A stretch of 63,049 nucleotides of DNA, counting the filler, from Olpidium bornovanus S191 (taxonomy: Eukaryota; Fungi; Olpidiomycota), in assembly GCA_017911155.1 (NCBI GenBank). It is 27 parts of 27 records of this genome, joined end to end, with 100 filler letters (N's around TTAATTAATTAA, not from the genome) between each part and the next. Parts side by side here need not be neighbours in the genome. Positions count along the whole stretch, not along the records: positions 61,905 to 63,049 come from JAEFCI010000472.1; 26 more parts are not named here. The stretch is one strand, 5' to 3'. This document shows, in pieces, positions 62,041 through 63,049 of the stretch. The notes below the pieces were generated by a model, which ran no database searches, was not told the origin of the DNA, and saw nothing but the letters and a program-made list of their open reading frames with translations. Each line of letters begins with the position of its first letter. Position 1 is the first letter of the stretch. A program made the position numbers and the translations under genes.

Positions 62041-63049
62041 CTAACGGTCGGTGGTGCGGGGTCGTTTGGGATCCTTTTTCGTCGCTGTTCTGCGGCGCCG
62101 GCATTTTTGTCCGGGCCGCCCTTCGTCTGCAGCGGGCCGTGGAGCCTCTTCAGCCGGCAACTGGCAGTACGCGAGGGGACGATCCGCAGGTGGGAACTGG
62201 GCCCAGTACCGCTGGAGCGCAGGGGGTACCCGACTGGTCAACGGGCGGTCAAAAGCACGGTCGTCGATGTAGCAGCCGTGCCTGGGGTCGTCAAAAGGTG
62301 GAGCCCACCGCACCATGTAAAGGTATTTCAATCCGCAACGAGTGTGGAACCGGACGTGGCCAACGTCGTACGAGCGGTTGGGGTCGTCAGCGGTGTTGCG
62401 GGCTTCCGGAACGGGTTGCGGCGTGCTGTTGGCGTTTGCGCGGGATGCCGCCGCGGGAGCCAAATCGTGTGCCAATTTGTGCGGATCTGTAGCTGGAACC
62501 GCAATCCGCCGGGATTGTCGTTCGTGGGGCGTGAACGTTGTAGCGCCGGGGCGCTGTGGTAGTTCATCGTCGTTGAAAGCATAGGTTTTTGCCGTCTGCG
62601 GTTGGGCAGGGGCGGAAGTTGCCTTGTGTGAAGCCTGGTTCGAAACTTGGTTAGAAGTGCGGTGAGAAATGTCGTTCATCACCGGGAACGGTCGCCGGAA
62701 GCGCTTGACATCGTGAACCTTAACGCGCAGCTGCCGATGCGTATCGCGAACGGTAATTACGTCCCCAATTATTGAAATGTCAACGACCGTGAACGGGCCA
62801 TTCCAGCGTGGGCGCAGTTTTTCGGCTGGCGAGTGTACTTCGCCTGGGTTGATGAGCCGCGGGGAAGGCAGCATAACTTCGTCACCCAGGACAAAGGGTG
62901 CCAGTTCGGCATGGGGCGAGATGTGAGCGTCATGGTACGCCTTGTATGCGTCTCTCACGTCGCGAAGAATGGCACAGACGCAGTCCTGTGCGCGCTGAAG
63001 CTCGTTTGTATGGCGAGCGTTGTATTCTTCGATGTCCTTGGTATACTCC
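62041..63049 (-). mobile_element. Chromovirus-like Ty3 integrase C-terminus with GPY/F motif and chromodomain
   Basis: LGDEVML..KLRPRWNGPFTVV, then a linker, then YDVGHVRFH..YLYMVRWAPPF (about 62370-62250). Confidence 0.8.

Overview
This is not a continuous locus. It is 27 short contigs (about 1-4.3 kb) joined by 26 artificial 100-nt linkers (N44-TTAATTAATTAA-N44), so adjacency across linkers carries no biological meaning. The DNA is GC-rich, intron-rich and eukaryotic. Fungal-type housekeeping genes (QNS1, MTD1, CDC1, SUA5, PNG1, TFA1, SPT4, AIP1, importin alpha, eIF3h, SLM3/TRMU, UDP-glucose 4-epimerase) occur together with cilium-specific genes (NPHP4, IFT27) and a Kv-type K+ channel. I infer an early-diverging flagellated (zoosporic) fungus. 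Seven contigs carry retroelement remnants: Ty1/copia IN, RT and RNaseH, Ty3 integrases (one with a chromodomain), an element pairing a Ty3-like capsid with a copia-type protease, and a DIRS-type N6-adenine methyltransferase domain with an intact NPPF motif. Other notable signals: a non-AUG, mitochondrial-presequence-like extension on SUA5; microexons carrying the K+ selectivity filter and a sphingomyelinase metal-binding motif; the same GTCACGTGAC palindrome in both head-to-head promoters; a secreted orphan protein; and CATG at 22 of 52 linker-adjacent contig ends, which points to restriction-based library breaks or chimeras. All assignments come from motif recognition and manual splicing; no database searches were run.
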